Virus record (IMG/VR): IMGVR_UViG_3300049783_001607
Origin: a virus
DNA: 64,000 nt
Strand: one strand, 5' to 3'
Each line of letters starts with the position of its first letter. The first letter of the stretch is position 1. This document shows, in pieces, positions 57,101-64,000 of the stretch. The position numbers and the translations under genes were made by a program. The notes beneath the pieces were generated by a model that was not told where the DNA came from, did not search any database, and saw nothing but the letters and a program-made list of their open reading frames with translations.

Positions 57101-57643
57101 GATTTTAATGAGGCTGTGAAAGTTAGTAATAAAGTTATATCTTTGACTAAACAAGAAAAGCAAGAAGATATTAAACTTCTAGAAGAAACTAAAGCACTGT
57201 TCGCTGATAATGAAGTTTATATTTCAGAAGTAGCTAAAATAGATAGAGCTATACGTGTTATAAATTCTTGGGTTGGGATTGAAAATGAAATTGCAGCTCA
57301 AGGAGGTACAGAAACTGCTACTGATGTTTTATTACCTCAATTTATTAATGACGATAATTTTAATCCTGAAAATAAAAAAGAGTTTTTAGAAGTATTAAAT
57401 ACTATATTAACTTCGATAGTAGTTGATTATAGTGTAACAGGGAATAATTTTACTGATGCAGATAAGATTGTTTGGGAAGCTACTAAAATGGATGCGCTAG
57501 TTATACTAGCTTATGCGGACGTTCCTTTAGAAGGCCAAACTCCAGAAGAGTATGCTGAAGATCTTGTAGATAAAATAAAAAGATCAGTAGATCCTCAAAA
57601 TAATAATGGTATGACTACAGCGTTAGAACGATGTAGTTTATAG
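48146..57643 (+). CDS. Giant virion protein (3165 aa) with SF1 helicase-like P-loop domain
   Basis: EGLEEMTEE ejection-protein motif, GTAGSGKT, IVIDE, GDPKQ, SFRT, GAEANYV and TLVTRA. Confidence 0.75.
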   Translation: MIMEKNIEKDLASTDSYNENQVENKVTDPDPSELSRKEESNDYFETRLDSPQISTENLFEVYGPKSFSKFKSADDYWNTDYIQKKFTDTYGVEGRYQFEKAYNNSKKEFSNFKLGNYKRSMSGYDFISNDFSDLTSTISTRYNNKLGNVKIGTEWSAPTTDEREINTRIRYKVINEEGIEEFKIEDYSVELLEKLEEKDGFGGLAYSDAFRGIDPTKGIDGLYYNAIFDGKAHNEITNKWEDVRNDQVVSRWDIDTGLGMFEGLLKNNKLEADGVFDYAKILVKAPMNTAINLFDTVVQLFRAGTAFSYGVTNMFRGDDKLALDSSEFYKYFTTLGIKAKSYNTSMSREAMDDGFFGSFEAFLTTAADVTLQVALAGGLGRAGAGLAGIMHRKSSKLVLEQAQQKAAEMFVRGTLTAMASKDSYNEALENGYTTTEASIITGAMAAALWKATKYASYLFGNYEIKVINDQIKDAVKNTQKGFLEDVLKKITVKNLAANKPVDAGKGIAAINFATRTIDKIFGKVPKFLDSKKWLHAAKQEGLEEMTEELFQDGVKQGASAYGVLMNNAKNAREGRYLTIFDEGYFIEAAERYATSGVAGSIGGIAGKGMHYKMELNPITSTSSLAEIVLAGHSNKLVTLLKEMKGAGEMGPTDLSINYNRELGAFEPILEGSDTESLSDMVFNTYLHDINAVHTFINQGMMGKARQAIDDNLDVMKQLNDNTMLKDLASSMGELINFHSLKGISTGIYTELDALNDTELAKRIPTIISDIKGESGRLQIELDELIASKEIPDNNESKKQKVTKKDKSEDAVESKATKIERLKAEIALSNTVSENDLKQLLNSYRKIRGIATGATAEHYLLQNENMNDPIIGSIYNRKEEYKFLGDQPFKDQLFNMRVRAIKDEKIHVLKEKVSEEVEKKVLSHKNLEDDSIDELLKLSVENKGSLTEKALKHIIKLRDKSNFKEANEQFDIKNEESIFKRNEDGTVSEKDIDEVFAGIMSYSKENWELLKDPNFLLWVKSSGQAKKFFAKAAKGVNKINSPVFDMDVDEDSGMPSYLVKPATYGKDFITDTESVLEGDLKTTNTERISEAFSLVGQETLKFRKGTTNAVFSLGINDFYISNDFNRRSVNAILNDSIGASYTGETLLDRGLYQVTDLLANHDSGKFYKHDASEINDVLSKIQIRKAIAKALVGKVGAGAEFTHLITMLASFRRNTLDIIDFKYEPNSIADTRIEDHPYKDYSVASDFFTDFLFDPLLVFNSTQIDSKLHLDYHKKAIKEFREALYLLADVEYKDGELYSFDMDEIALENFLNAEFENLDSSLHIEAAATFFKNETEFIKVPGNIIKGGDANVEITIGFKGIARLKMAEWLLNKTKAIIDTVDKNTGSVPYNDQKDRDIVETFKTFRDFIENDELGVVYDYIIQKVPGYELIISEVNPNKMEVGKMNIKIEKAIYDLYNSEKQLFIVNEVDIKTRIDDYIKGNLNANYLDSLVSTDPNVDQYNPARRLSIIVGAISTDFTSHYKKLKGIIKNTGIEAEDKIVTADQEFSAKYTAAYMTSRLFRSKVTELTNLRTKYTSGAIEAIYISGTAGSGKTTAVTNLGLKIGVNILNDREIFNTDIIPVSNHEEQVKNLANNIGTLAKNQKGHNIEELIKLLRKAVIEDDEKALKQLSTVGAIVIDEVTYVAASTIGKNAETAPPLQEINDLIKKVNLKNSSNEHPIVLIIMGDPKQTGSSEVSKGGYLFFSAIKKAATHYLPYMDFSFRTSNSFLKSSIDVINDSIDSFVRGYSKGVFQMFINKGTKYGTSEGKLYGLNISDVKDKNSSALISEEYINLLNDGELAANIEANIIKAEKEKKEGKKGAFKVLIAPENKNEFINSSTIGSTKIGLLMNNPEYKDYFTLIKSSKVGGAEANYVIAEFPKQITADTPANNILINTSKNFNTLVTRAIDYIAVVNRDPSVIIKESNKSKEFPDGTVLIPNNEIQTSVKKIIKQRYLDIFADIKEDEVTNETEEKVKIEGKIITPVKDNIKERSVMIKHFSTSKNGILNPLNILDKAYRGKGSEGKEGTELNKLVRLLENLQVLYLSGEESNTDLQDIINNAITEYENAGGLFIEELNNLYSFIDNSLIDNNTTLNPLLDFAITSYSNTKELLQPISTESDEVFTLFDVIKSVTNSLLDPANKSIEKRDAILGAQDVSKDTFIEKRDLLLNSLLDTKLEDIMNESNEIKDLFNNLINSLLQFEFNTLDGKVPLNKPELDTSVVLGELAAFKTAVYNSNTSQLDGLLKQFKLANDDDITVPGVANIITKLLDTYSRISVYKALSDIVIIVKKQQAKVAKEKADAKLEEEKGKKPVDDTSIKYNKLKNKLGIDTSIKSKQKVYDEILKLDYALQQKIALGKGDEMLSEINDLMTFKELWHTLFDTYTTSFSTDVYGAGFYNRSLDSKETLDDYIKQEDSIRGVDEMYSIPVRKHNIEDITYLQEKGLIDKSYIILSEKEALNKGFNFSGEETQTLPDSLEILVTYKNYRNHLNGLLVAVRGDEKFIISQVDTSMYNSPEGNNSESVKLGASKLAAFIMKLEKVVKHETAFKSSEYSIITIPLKGDIKNLVRSRAGKILPSDRGTLGKSVNKLIEEGVNIADVTFAFTEKDDTKGSSISNKDIGNVRGELFTFYSLDNNSPIDVKKVTNATKGGVKLGDNRHIINEGTGINVQLGLLPLKIANDMVMLADVLSNHPTILIGEHPSRFSMALQTYIIEYVKNIAIGSEVSSDNSSFKNEIKLSIGGRKNILFTPKHLSIFTEMEDSLESYYSAKNINNNGQGDSIRKETKKALDKMKGDNTLHMLDSLAVGYIHSIITPKESNIEASHLLRKYSTGVYTFNINKFLKVANTKTLEYLTELADLASYSIKPSVEAGQNMYSSTVNKGFIDAIKPLLYTRIEGVEAPGIVITSGGMGAFDRAVEALDIVEITDEYKNRLVEALNVADSYVSQNNDFNEAVKVSNKVISLTKQEKQEDIKLLEETKALFADNEVYISEVAKIDRAIRVINSWVGIENEIAAQGGTETATDVLLPQFINDDNFNPENKKEFLEVLNTILTSIVVDYSVTGNNFTDADKIVWEATKMDALVILAYADVPLEGQTPEEYAEDLVDKIKRSVDPQNNNGMTTALERCSL

Positions 57644-57668
57644 TAATAAAATAAAATAACTTTTAATA

Positions 57669-60600
57669 ATGGCTAATTGTAACGAAACTATAAGAACAGC
57701 AGGAATTAAATTTGCTGTTAACGCTAAATTATCTTCTAACGAAATAATGTTAGAAGCAGAGCTTAAAAAATTAGGTAGAACTTTATCTGCCAATTCTCAT
57801 GACGCTATAATTTTAATGTCTGTTATAGAGGGAGCTTTTAAATTAGGCGCAAACATACTTAGAGTTAGGGGTCTTAGTAAAGCTGATACATCAGAAAGTG
57901 TCGAAAAATTTGTCGCTTCAAAAGGGATTTCAGAAGAGCTTACAGCCGGTAATTTAAGTTATTTACGTAATATAAAAGGATTTGAATCGTTTGATGCAGG
58001 AGTAGAAACTCTAAAAACTTTAGCTACTGCAATTACTGTAACTAGTTTTGATTTTAATGTAGACGAAACACCCATTGAAAAAATTCAAATATCTGATTAC
58101 GAAGAAATTAATTTTACGTTGGATGAAAAAGAAGCTTTTTTATTGGACGATTTTGGAGTTGAGATGGCTAGAAAAAAGAACGCCCTTTTAAAAAAAACCT
58201 CCCAACTTAAAAAAGATACTCCAGAGTATTGGGGAGCTTTTTTAGCTGTTTATTTTAAAGGTATGACTAGTTATGGTAGAGATTTTACTGAGTGGTCTAG
58301 GACTAAGTTCTATGATAAACTTATTGATTTTACTAAAACAAATAAAGGTGTCGAAACAGATATAAATCAAAAAATTACTGAGTTAAAAGAAGAGCTTCAA
58401 AATGAGCTGTTAGATTTACTTATTCATGATAAAGGTGACAATAAAAACAAAACGCTTCAAACATTGTTTGGTATCGATTCAAAAGTTAAGGAAAGATATT
58501 TTACAGAAGTATTATTAAATGAGTTTGATTTTGTATTAAATAGTTTAATTAAATCTATAGTAGTATCTGAAAAAGACACCGCTATTAAAAATAAAGCTGT
58601 AAATGGTTTTGTTGATATAGAAGGGAATGCTTTAGAACCTATATCATTACACACTAACAAAATAGATAAATTACTTAAAAAACGAGGTGGTGTTGTAAGT
58701 ATACATGAAGGTGTGCAAGATAAAGAAATGAGAGAAATGGAAGATATGAATACAGTTTCTTTTTATTTTGATACTGATCTTCCTAATGACGCTTTTTATA
58801 AATTAGGTCGGGATAATAAATTTTTTTACCGAAACATCAAAGGGGTTAATTTTGATATAACTCCTCTGTCGTACTATTCTTATGATAATAGAAATAAAAG
58901 AAATGTATCTTCAATCGATCATTTTATTGATTCTATGGATTCTTCTACGAATTTCATAAATAATATATTTCCTATTTTTAAATTAGTATCAGTTAATTCT
59001 AAAGGGAAAGAATTTTTAGGGCGAAGAATGACAGCAACTGATTTCTTAACTATAGCTCCTTTTCTAACTAATGCAGGAGCAGATTTAAATTTGTTTATAT
59101 CGTATTTAAAAAATATGGCGTCTGATACAAGTACTATACAAGGACGTATTGCAAAAAGTTTATTAATTCAAGTATTCAACAAAGATGATTACGCCAATGT
59201 AGGAGGAGAGTCGATATATTCTTTATACACTGCTGCCCACAGAGTTAGCAATATTCGTGGGGGATTTAATGAAGATATAATTAAAGCTCTTCATTCTGCA
59301 CTTATAAATAAAGATCATATTCAATACTTAGAAGTAAAAGAAGGGCGTACAACTATAACAAAAGGAATAGAAAATGTAAATAACTCTACTATTCTAGATG
59401 ATGGTCTTGTTAATCATTTAATGAATAAAAATTTTACTAAACCTTTTATAGCTAAAAAGTTAGTTATTAAAGGCGTTTATATAGGTATAAATTCAGGTGG
59501 AGTAGAGACAGATTTAGATGATGTAAAATCATTATATTTTGATGGTTTAAACCCTTCTATGGAAAAGATAGCTAATACATTAGGTTTAGGGAATTTACTA
59601 GTTAGATTAGACGAGCATTTTAAAGAGACATATAATATAGAACAAGCTGAAAAAAAGGCGTTAGACATATTTATAAAAATTATCAAAGTTGCCGCGGCCA
59701 ATGTTAAAGCTAAAGGAACTTCTAGATATTATATACCTAGAAAGCTACTTGAAAAATCTTTTCCGCATAAAAATTATAACGTTCTTACGCCGTCTTCTTT
59801 AATCCACACTAATGAAGCTAATTCTATAGCTAAAATATTTATAGCTGATACAACTCATAATATAACTATAGCTGGTAAAAAGAATTCATCTACTACTCAT
59901 CCTAATAGAGATGCTTTTATAGGACCTCAGATCAAAGAATTCAATCATTATAATCTTTATGTAAACAGGGTCATGTTTACTTTTAACCCTTTTATACAGC
60001 ATACAGACGAATCTAGTTTAATACCTAAAGCATCTCTTAACGGAGTTGTTATTAAAGCTCCTCTTACAGTAGATGGTGAACATATAGGATTATCTGAATT
60101 AGATTTAAAAAACAGAATTCAACATTCTATTATCTCAGGAATTTTAGAGGGCCCTAAAAATATAGGTAAAGAATTTTATTTGCAGCCTACTAATTACTCA
60201 GATAAATCTACACCGAGTTTACATAGAGTAGAGATGGAAGACGAAAATTTGCTCGCTGCCGGTGACTTTGCTCTTGAAAAACTTAAAGATGCCTATGTTG
60301 AATACCATAGATTAAAAGCTATTCAATTACAAAAAGTCACTATAAATAGTCTATCAGATTTTATACTAAGTAATTACAATAAAGTAGTTAGTGAAATAGA
60401 ATCAGGGGAAAATGTTGAATATAGAAAAACTAAATTAAAAGAATTAAAAGCTTTATTAACTAATACTGAACTTTTATACAGCAAGCCTAACATGACAAGA
60501 ACAGTTAATGTTATATTAGCTGAAGTAGCGCTTAGACCTGATTTTTTTAAATTTTCTAATGCCGAAATGGATTTTGAAGCCGATTACATATCTTTATCTG

Positions 60601-63600
60601 GAGCTAAAAATGTTACTGTATTAAAACCTAATTTAGGTGTTAGAGCAGAAAAATTCTCTAATCTAGGGACGGCTTATGAAATGGTCGATACTTACCTTGA
60701 TGAGCATAGAGAATATTTAGACGAGAGCGGGATTGATAGAATTCAAATTAACAATTCTCTTAAAAAAGCTAGAAAAAAAACTAAGGGTCTTGTAAATTCA
60801 GTCAATGATCTTTATGATAGAGTGTTTTTAATTAATGGTATATATGGCCATGCTATTAAAGTTATCACTATGGGTGATGAAACTTATTTTAAAGGTGTGT
60901 ACAAAGACATAGCTAAAAATGTAAAAAGCCGACAAAGTACTTTTAACGCTAAGCAACAAAAAGCTTTAGATGTTATGCAAAAGAAGTATCCTGAGATAAG
61001 TTTTGGTCTTACTACCGATGGCCTGTCTTTTGAAGTAGGAGACGGTAAAGTAGTAATGAATCAAGATTCTCTGGCTAACGTTAATTATTCATTGAGATCT
61101 GTTAATATATTATCTTCAGATAAAGCAAAACAAATGTTTGCCAAGGGTAAAAAGAATGGTTGGGATCTAGACTACATTTTAACAAAACTTCAAGTACCTA
61201 AAGAACAAAAACAACTTATATTAGATAAGGGATTTAAAGTTTTAACTCCTAATGACGCTAGACTATTTAAAGACGGTAAATGGGAAGATGGAATTAATCT
61301 TAGAGAAGATATTATTACATCTTTATTAGCTGAAAATAGTTTTGTTGTTGAAGTTAATACTGCTAAAGAGCCATTGGAAGCTTATGATATGGTTGATGAA
61401 ACTGGTAATGGTGATTTTGCACCCCAAGAATTTGTACCTGATACTGAATTAATAACAGAAGAAGATGAGGAAGGTAATGTAATAGGAGTACAAGAAAGAG
61501 TTTCTAAAAAAGGGGAACAACAAATTAAAGATAGAGAAAATAAAAGAAAATCAACCCAACATAACTCTGATCTTACAGCCCCAGGTGGTACTAATTATAC
61601 AGAAAATGAAATATCTACTCCTGGTATTACACCTAGTATTAAAGGACATGGAAAATTTAGTACTGATAATGGTATAGGATGGTTTAGAAGTGATGATAGA
61701 GCTAAATTTATAACGGAAGAAGAAAGAAGTTATATGGCTTATGATGACCCTAACTTTACAAAAACTGAAGGAGAAGCTACTAAAACCCGTAGAATACTAG
61801 AAATACAATCTGATTTATTTCAAAAAGGTAGGGATAAAGAAAAGTTAGTAGCTAGTACTATTAATATTAATAATAAATTAAATAAAATAAACAATCTTAA
61901 TTTATCTCAGGAAACTTTAGATAAGATTACTAGTGAAGGTAGAGTTGCTGCACAAGTAAATGATATACTAAATCCTAATTTGAAATTCGAAGGAAAAAAA
62001 ATTGAGAGTTTAAGTTATTATAACGGCTCTTTCCGAGTTTTTATCGGCTTTGAATGGGGAGAGTATAAAGATAATGGGATTAAAAAAATAACAAAAAAAG
62101 AATATTTAGATTTAGTTAAGAAAGAAAAAGAGTATTTAGAAAATTCTTTAACTAATTATAATAAAAAAATACAAGGGAATAATTTTCTACAATTACTAAA
62201 CAAAAAAGATGCCTGGGTCAATTTTTTTATACAATCCATAGTACAAGATAGTGCTAAAAAAGGCTATGAAAAAGTATTATTTCCTACAGGTAATACTCTG
62301 GGTAAAATACAAGGTTTTACTAAAATTTTGAATCTTATTAAAAAATCCGAGCAGAATATTGCTGATATTAAAAAAGAAATATCTGATGGAGGAGATATAG
62401 AAGTTTTATCTGATGAATTATTAGAGGAAGAAAAAAGTTTAAATAACCTGTTAGAAGCTAATAAAAACGCATTAAGTACCATCTCTTTTTATGATACAAA
62501 AGTATTTTCTAATTTAAAAAAGTACGCGTTTAAAAAAATTACAGATGAACATAATAACACTTGGATTGAAGTAGATCTATCTCAAGAAAAAGTTAAACAA
62601 GAGATATTACTACAAACCGATGAAAAAGGAGCTATACGAGGTCAAGCTAATATAGACGCTATGTCTGTTCTTGTAGATCCTAATATAATGGCGGATGATA
62701 CTATTTATCATGAGTACGCGCATCATTACATAGCCTGGAATCGAAATTCTCCTCTAGTTATGGAAGCTATTAAAAAGTGGGGTACCGAAGAAAAACTAGT
62801 TCAAGCTATTGGAGAACAATCTTTAGAGCAAGATGGTGAAGTTAAAAATTGGCTTACTAAATTTATTAAATGGTTAAAAGGAGATGTATCTAAGATTAGC
62901 AAGTTAGATGCTAAGAAATTAAGAAACATACTTACCGATGCTTTTTTAACTAACTATGTATTTGAAAATGAATTAATCGGTTCAAATAATAGTGAAAATA
63001 TTCCTAGTCGGGTAAAGAAAACAGAGCCGGTCTTTGATATAAATAAATATTATTCCCAAGTGGACTCAGGTATTAGAGACGGCTTAGAGGAGAATGAAAG
63101 TATGCTTGTTAATCAATTTAAAAGAGCACAATCAGAATTAAGTAGAGGTAGTATATATACTCAAACACGTACTATAGTAGGATTAAAAAGAAGAAAAGCT
63201 AAAGATAATTTATTACAACATTTAATTATAAGAGACGATTTAGCCAAAGCTGAAGGAGATATATATGAATTTGATAGTCTTACTAATAAAACTTTTGATG
63301 AGCTTGAAGGATTAGGTGTTATACGTAGATTTATTGATGGATCACTAGTTCATTCAGTACCTAATGGAATTGCTGTAAGATTTAATATAGGTAACGAAGT
63401 AATGGTTTTAGGAGTTTCTAGAGAAGCTGTAGATAATGCTATACTAAGTGGAGTAGACCCATTGATTGTTGAAGGAGTAGCTAGATTATTAAACACAGTG
63501 GGAAAAAATTCGTCTAAAGATACTTTTGATGATATAAGCAGTGATAGAGATTTCAAAAGTACTTCTTATGGTGTAGATACTAAAATTACATCTAGGTCTA

Positions 63601-64000
63601 ATGCTTTAACATTGACTAATATCAAAGCTGAGTATTCACGTATTAAGTCTGAAAAGCTTATTGCAATGCCAGATTATACTCCTAGTATTACACTTACTGA
63701 TCCCGTATCATACATTAATTTACTTAATTCTATGAATCTTGAGCAGGAAAATTCTGATGCAATTCAATTTATACATCCACTTCTTAGTGCTATAATGAGT
63801 CATGCTAGAGGAAATAGTTTAGGTGTTTTTAATACAGAAAAATACGAAGCTGTAAAAACTGTAACTACTACATTTGAGTACGATAAATTTAGACAGGTTT
63901 TACAAAAAAAATCTGTTCAAATGCCTTTTTCAGAAGAGCAAATGAAAAAATTAGGTAGTATGGAGTTGTATAATACTCTTAAGTTATTGAATACTTCTAT
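57669..64000 (+). CDS. Giant ORF, 3'-truncated (>2100 aa), probable virion RNA polymerase with inserted polyvalent/zincin domains
   Basis: ATG 57669 (MANCNETIR). Absent from the ORF track, consistent with no stop before the window end. In-frame QPTNYSDKS (60183), GDETYFK (60873), NQFKR (63111) and SDAIQFIHP (about 63753) resemble crAss-like vRNAP motifs from recollection. The catalytic DxDxD was not seen. Confidence 0.65.
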   Translation, partial: MANCNETIRTAGIKFAVNAKLSSNEIMLEAELKKLGRTLSANSHDAIILMSVIEGAFKLGANILRVRGLSKADTSESVEKFVASKGISEELTAGNLSYLRNIKGFESFDAGVETLKTLATAITVTSFDFNVDETPIEKIQISDYEEINFTLDEKEAFLLDDFGVEMARKKNALLKKTSQLKKDTPEYWGAFLAVYFKGMTSYGRDFTEWSRTKFYDKLIDFTKTNKGVETDINQKITELKEELQNELLDLLIHDKGDNKNKTLQTLFGIDSKVKERYFTEVLLNEFDFVLNSLIKSIVVSEKDTAIKNKAVNGFVDIEGNALEPISLHTNKIDKLLKKRGGVVSIHEGVQDKEMREMEDMNTVSFYFDTDLPNDAFYKLGRDNKFFYRNIKGVNFDITPLSYYSYDNRNKRNVSSIDHFIDSMDSSTNFINNIFPIFKLVSVNSKGKEFLGRRMTATDFLTIAPFLTNAGADLNLFISYLKNMASDTSTIQGRIAKSLLIQVFNKDDYANVGGESIYSLYTAAHRVSNIRGGFNEDIIKALHSALINKDHIQYLEVKEGRTTITKGIENVNNSTILDDGLVNHLMNKNFTKPFIAKKLVIKGVYIGINSGGVETDLDDVKSLYFDGLNPSMEKIANTLGLGNLLVRLDEHFKETYNIEQAEKKALDIFIKIIKVAAANVKAKGTSRYYIPRKLLEKSFPHKNYNVLTPSSLIHTNEANSIAKIFIADTTHNITIAGKKNSSTTHPNRDAFIGPQIKEFNHYNLYVNRVMFTFNPFIQHTDESSLIPKASLNGVVIKAPLTVDGEHIGLSELDLKNRIQHSIISGILEGPKNIGKEFYLQPTNYSDKSTPSLHRVEMEDENLLAAGDFALEKLKDAYVEYHRLKAIQLQKVTINSLSDFILSNYNKVVSEIESGENVEYRKTKLKELKALLTNTELLYSKPNMTRTVNVILAEVALRPDFFKFSNAEMDFEADYISLSGAKNVTVLKPNLGVRAEKFSNLGTAYEMVDTYLDEHREYLDESGIDRIQINNSLKKARKKTKGLVNSVNDLYDRVFLINGIYGHAIKVITMGDETYFKGVYKDIAKNVKSRQSTFNAKQQKALDVMQKKYPEISFGLTTDGLSFEVGDGKVVMNQDSLANVNYSLRSVNILSSDKAKQMFAKGKKNGWDLDYILTKLQVPKEQKQLILDKGFKVLTPNDARLFKDGKWEDGINLREDIITSLLAENSFVVEVNTAKEPLEAYDMVDETGNGDFAPQEFVPDTELITEEDEEGNVIGVQERVSKKGEQQIKDRENKRKSTQHNSDLTAPGGTNYTENEISTPGITPSIKGHGKFSTDNGIGWFRSDDRAKFITEEERSYMAYDDPNFTKTEGEATKTRRILEIQSDLFQKGRDKEKLVASTININNKLNKINNLNLSQETLDKITSEGRVAAQVNDILNPNLKFEGKKIESLSYYNGSFRVFIGFEWGEYKDNGIKKITKKEYLDLVKKEKEYLENSLTNYNKKIQGNNFLQLLNKKDAWVNFFIQSIVQDSAKKGYEKVLFPTGNTLGKIQGFTKILNLIKKSEQNIADIKKEISDGGDIEVLSDELLEEEKSLNNLLEANKNALSTISFYDTKVFSNLKKYAFKKITDEHNNTWIEVDLSQEKVKQEILLQTDEKGAIRGQANIDAMSVLVDPNIMADDTIYHEYAHHYIAWNRNSPLVMEAIKKWGTEEKLVQAIGEQSLEQDGEVKNWLTKFIKWLKGDVSKISKLDAKKLRNILTDAFLTNYVFENELIGSNNSENIPSRVKKTEPVFDINKYYSQVDSGIRDGLEENESMLVNQFKRAQSELSRGSIYTQTRTIVGLKRRKAKDNLLQHLIIRDDLAKAEGDIYEFDSLTNKTFDELEGLGVIRRFIDGSLVHSVPNGIAVRFNIGNEVMVLGVSREAVDNAILSGVDPLIVEGVARLLNTVGKNSSKDTFDDISSDRDFKSTSYGVDTKITSRSNALTLTNIKAEYSRIKSEKLIAMPDYTPSITLTDPVSYINLLNSMNLEQENSDAIQFIHPLLSAIMSHARGNSLGVFNTEKYEAVKTVTTTFEYDKFRQVLQKKSVQMPFSEEQMKKLGSMELYNTLKLLNTS

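Noticed and set aside
834-63556. Many short minus-strand ORFs and nested plus-strand ORF 46027-46251
   Set aside because: They lie within or opposite long, motif-supported plus-strand genes and have shadow-like composition with no recognisable motifs.
691-64000. Stop-codon reassignment as in some crAss-like phages
   Set aside because: Genes are intact under code 11, TAG ends several genes (terL, MCP, the 3165-aa gene), and no suppressor tRNA is visible in the window.
57644-64000. Apparent 6.3-kb non-coding region in the ORF track
   Set aside because: An artefact of the window edge: one plus-strand frame from 57669 has no stop before the end.

Overview
This window is from an AT-rich (about 30% GC by eye) dsDNA phage of the crAss-like (Crassvirales-type) lineage. 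The host is probably a member of Bacteroidota, judged from TAnnTTTG promoter boxes and A-rich starts without Shine-Dalgarno sequences. The left end holds the 5' part of a minus-strand tRNA array (Pro, Glu, Gln, His and a truncated probable Leu). The rest is plus-strand and runs in this order: HTH protein, T5orf172 protein, PG-binding protein, PD-(D/E)xK nuclease, terminase, tandem GroES, portal, scaffold/cargo, major capsid, ring and auxiliary proteins, IHF-like genes, tail stabilisation/muzzle, tail fibres, lysis cassette and cargo/ejection proteins. It ends with a 3165-aa giant protein carrying an SF1 helicase-like domain and a >2100-aa ORF (57669 to the window end, absent from the ORF track) that is probably the virion RNA polymerase. 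The standard genetic code fits. The best candidate for an undescribed system is a ribosome-mediated attenuator in front of the tRNA array. It consists of a host-type promoter, a leaderless 27-aa ORF whose early codons are read by the downstream tRNAs, an antiterminator inside that ORF, and an intrinsic terminator just before the first tRNA. This would switch the phage tRNAs on only when host tRNAs are depleted. Other leads are a shared K-F-Q-x-G-G motif in cargo proteins, a GTATTATA putative late promoter, a double-domain GroES, a membrane-anchored cupin in the lysis cassette and a roughly 740-aa zincin-bearing insertion in the putative RNAP. All calls come from motif recognition by eye; no database search or folding computation was run.
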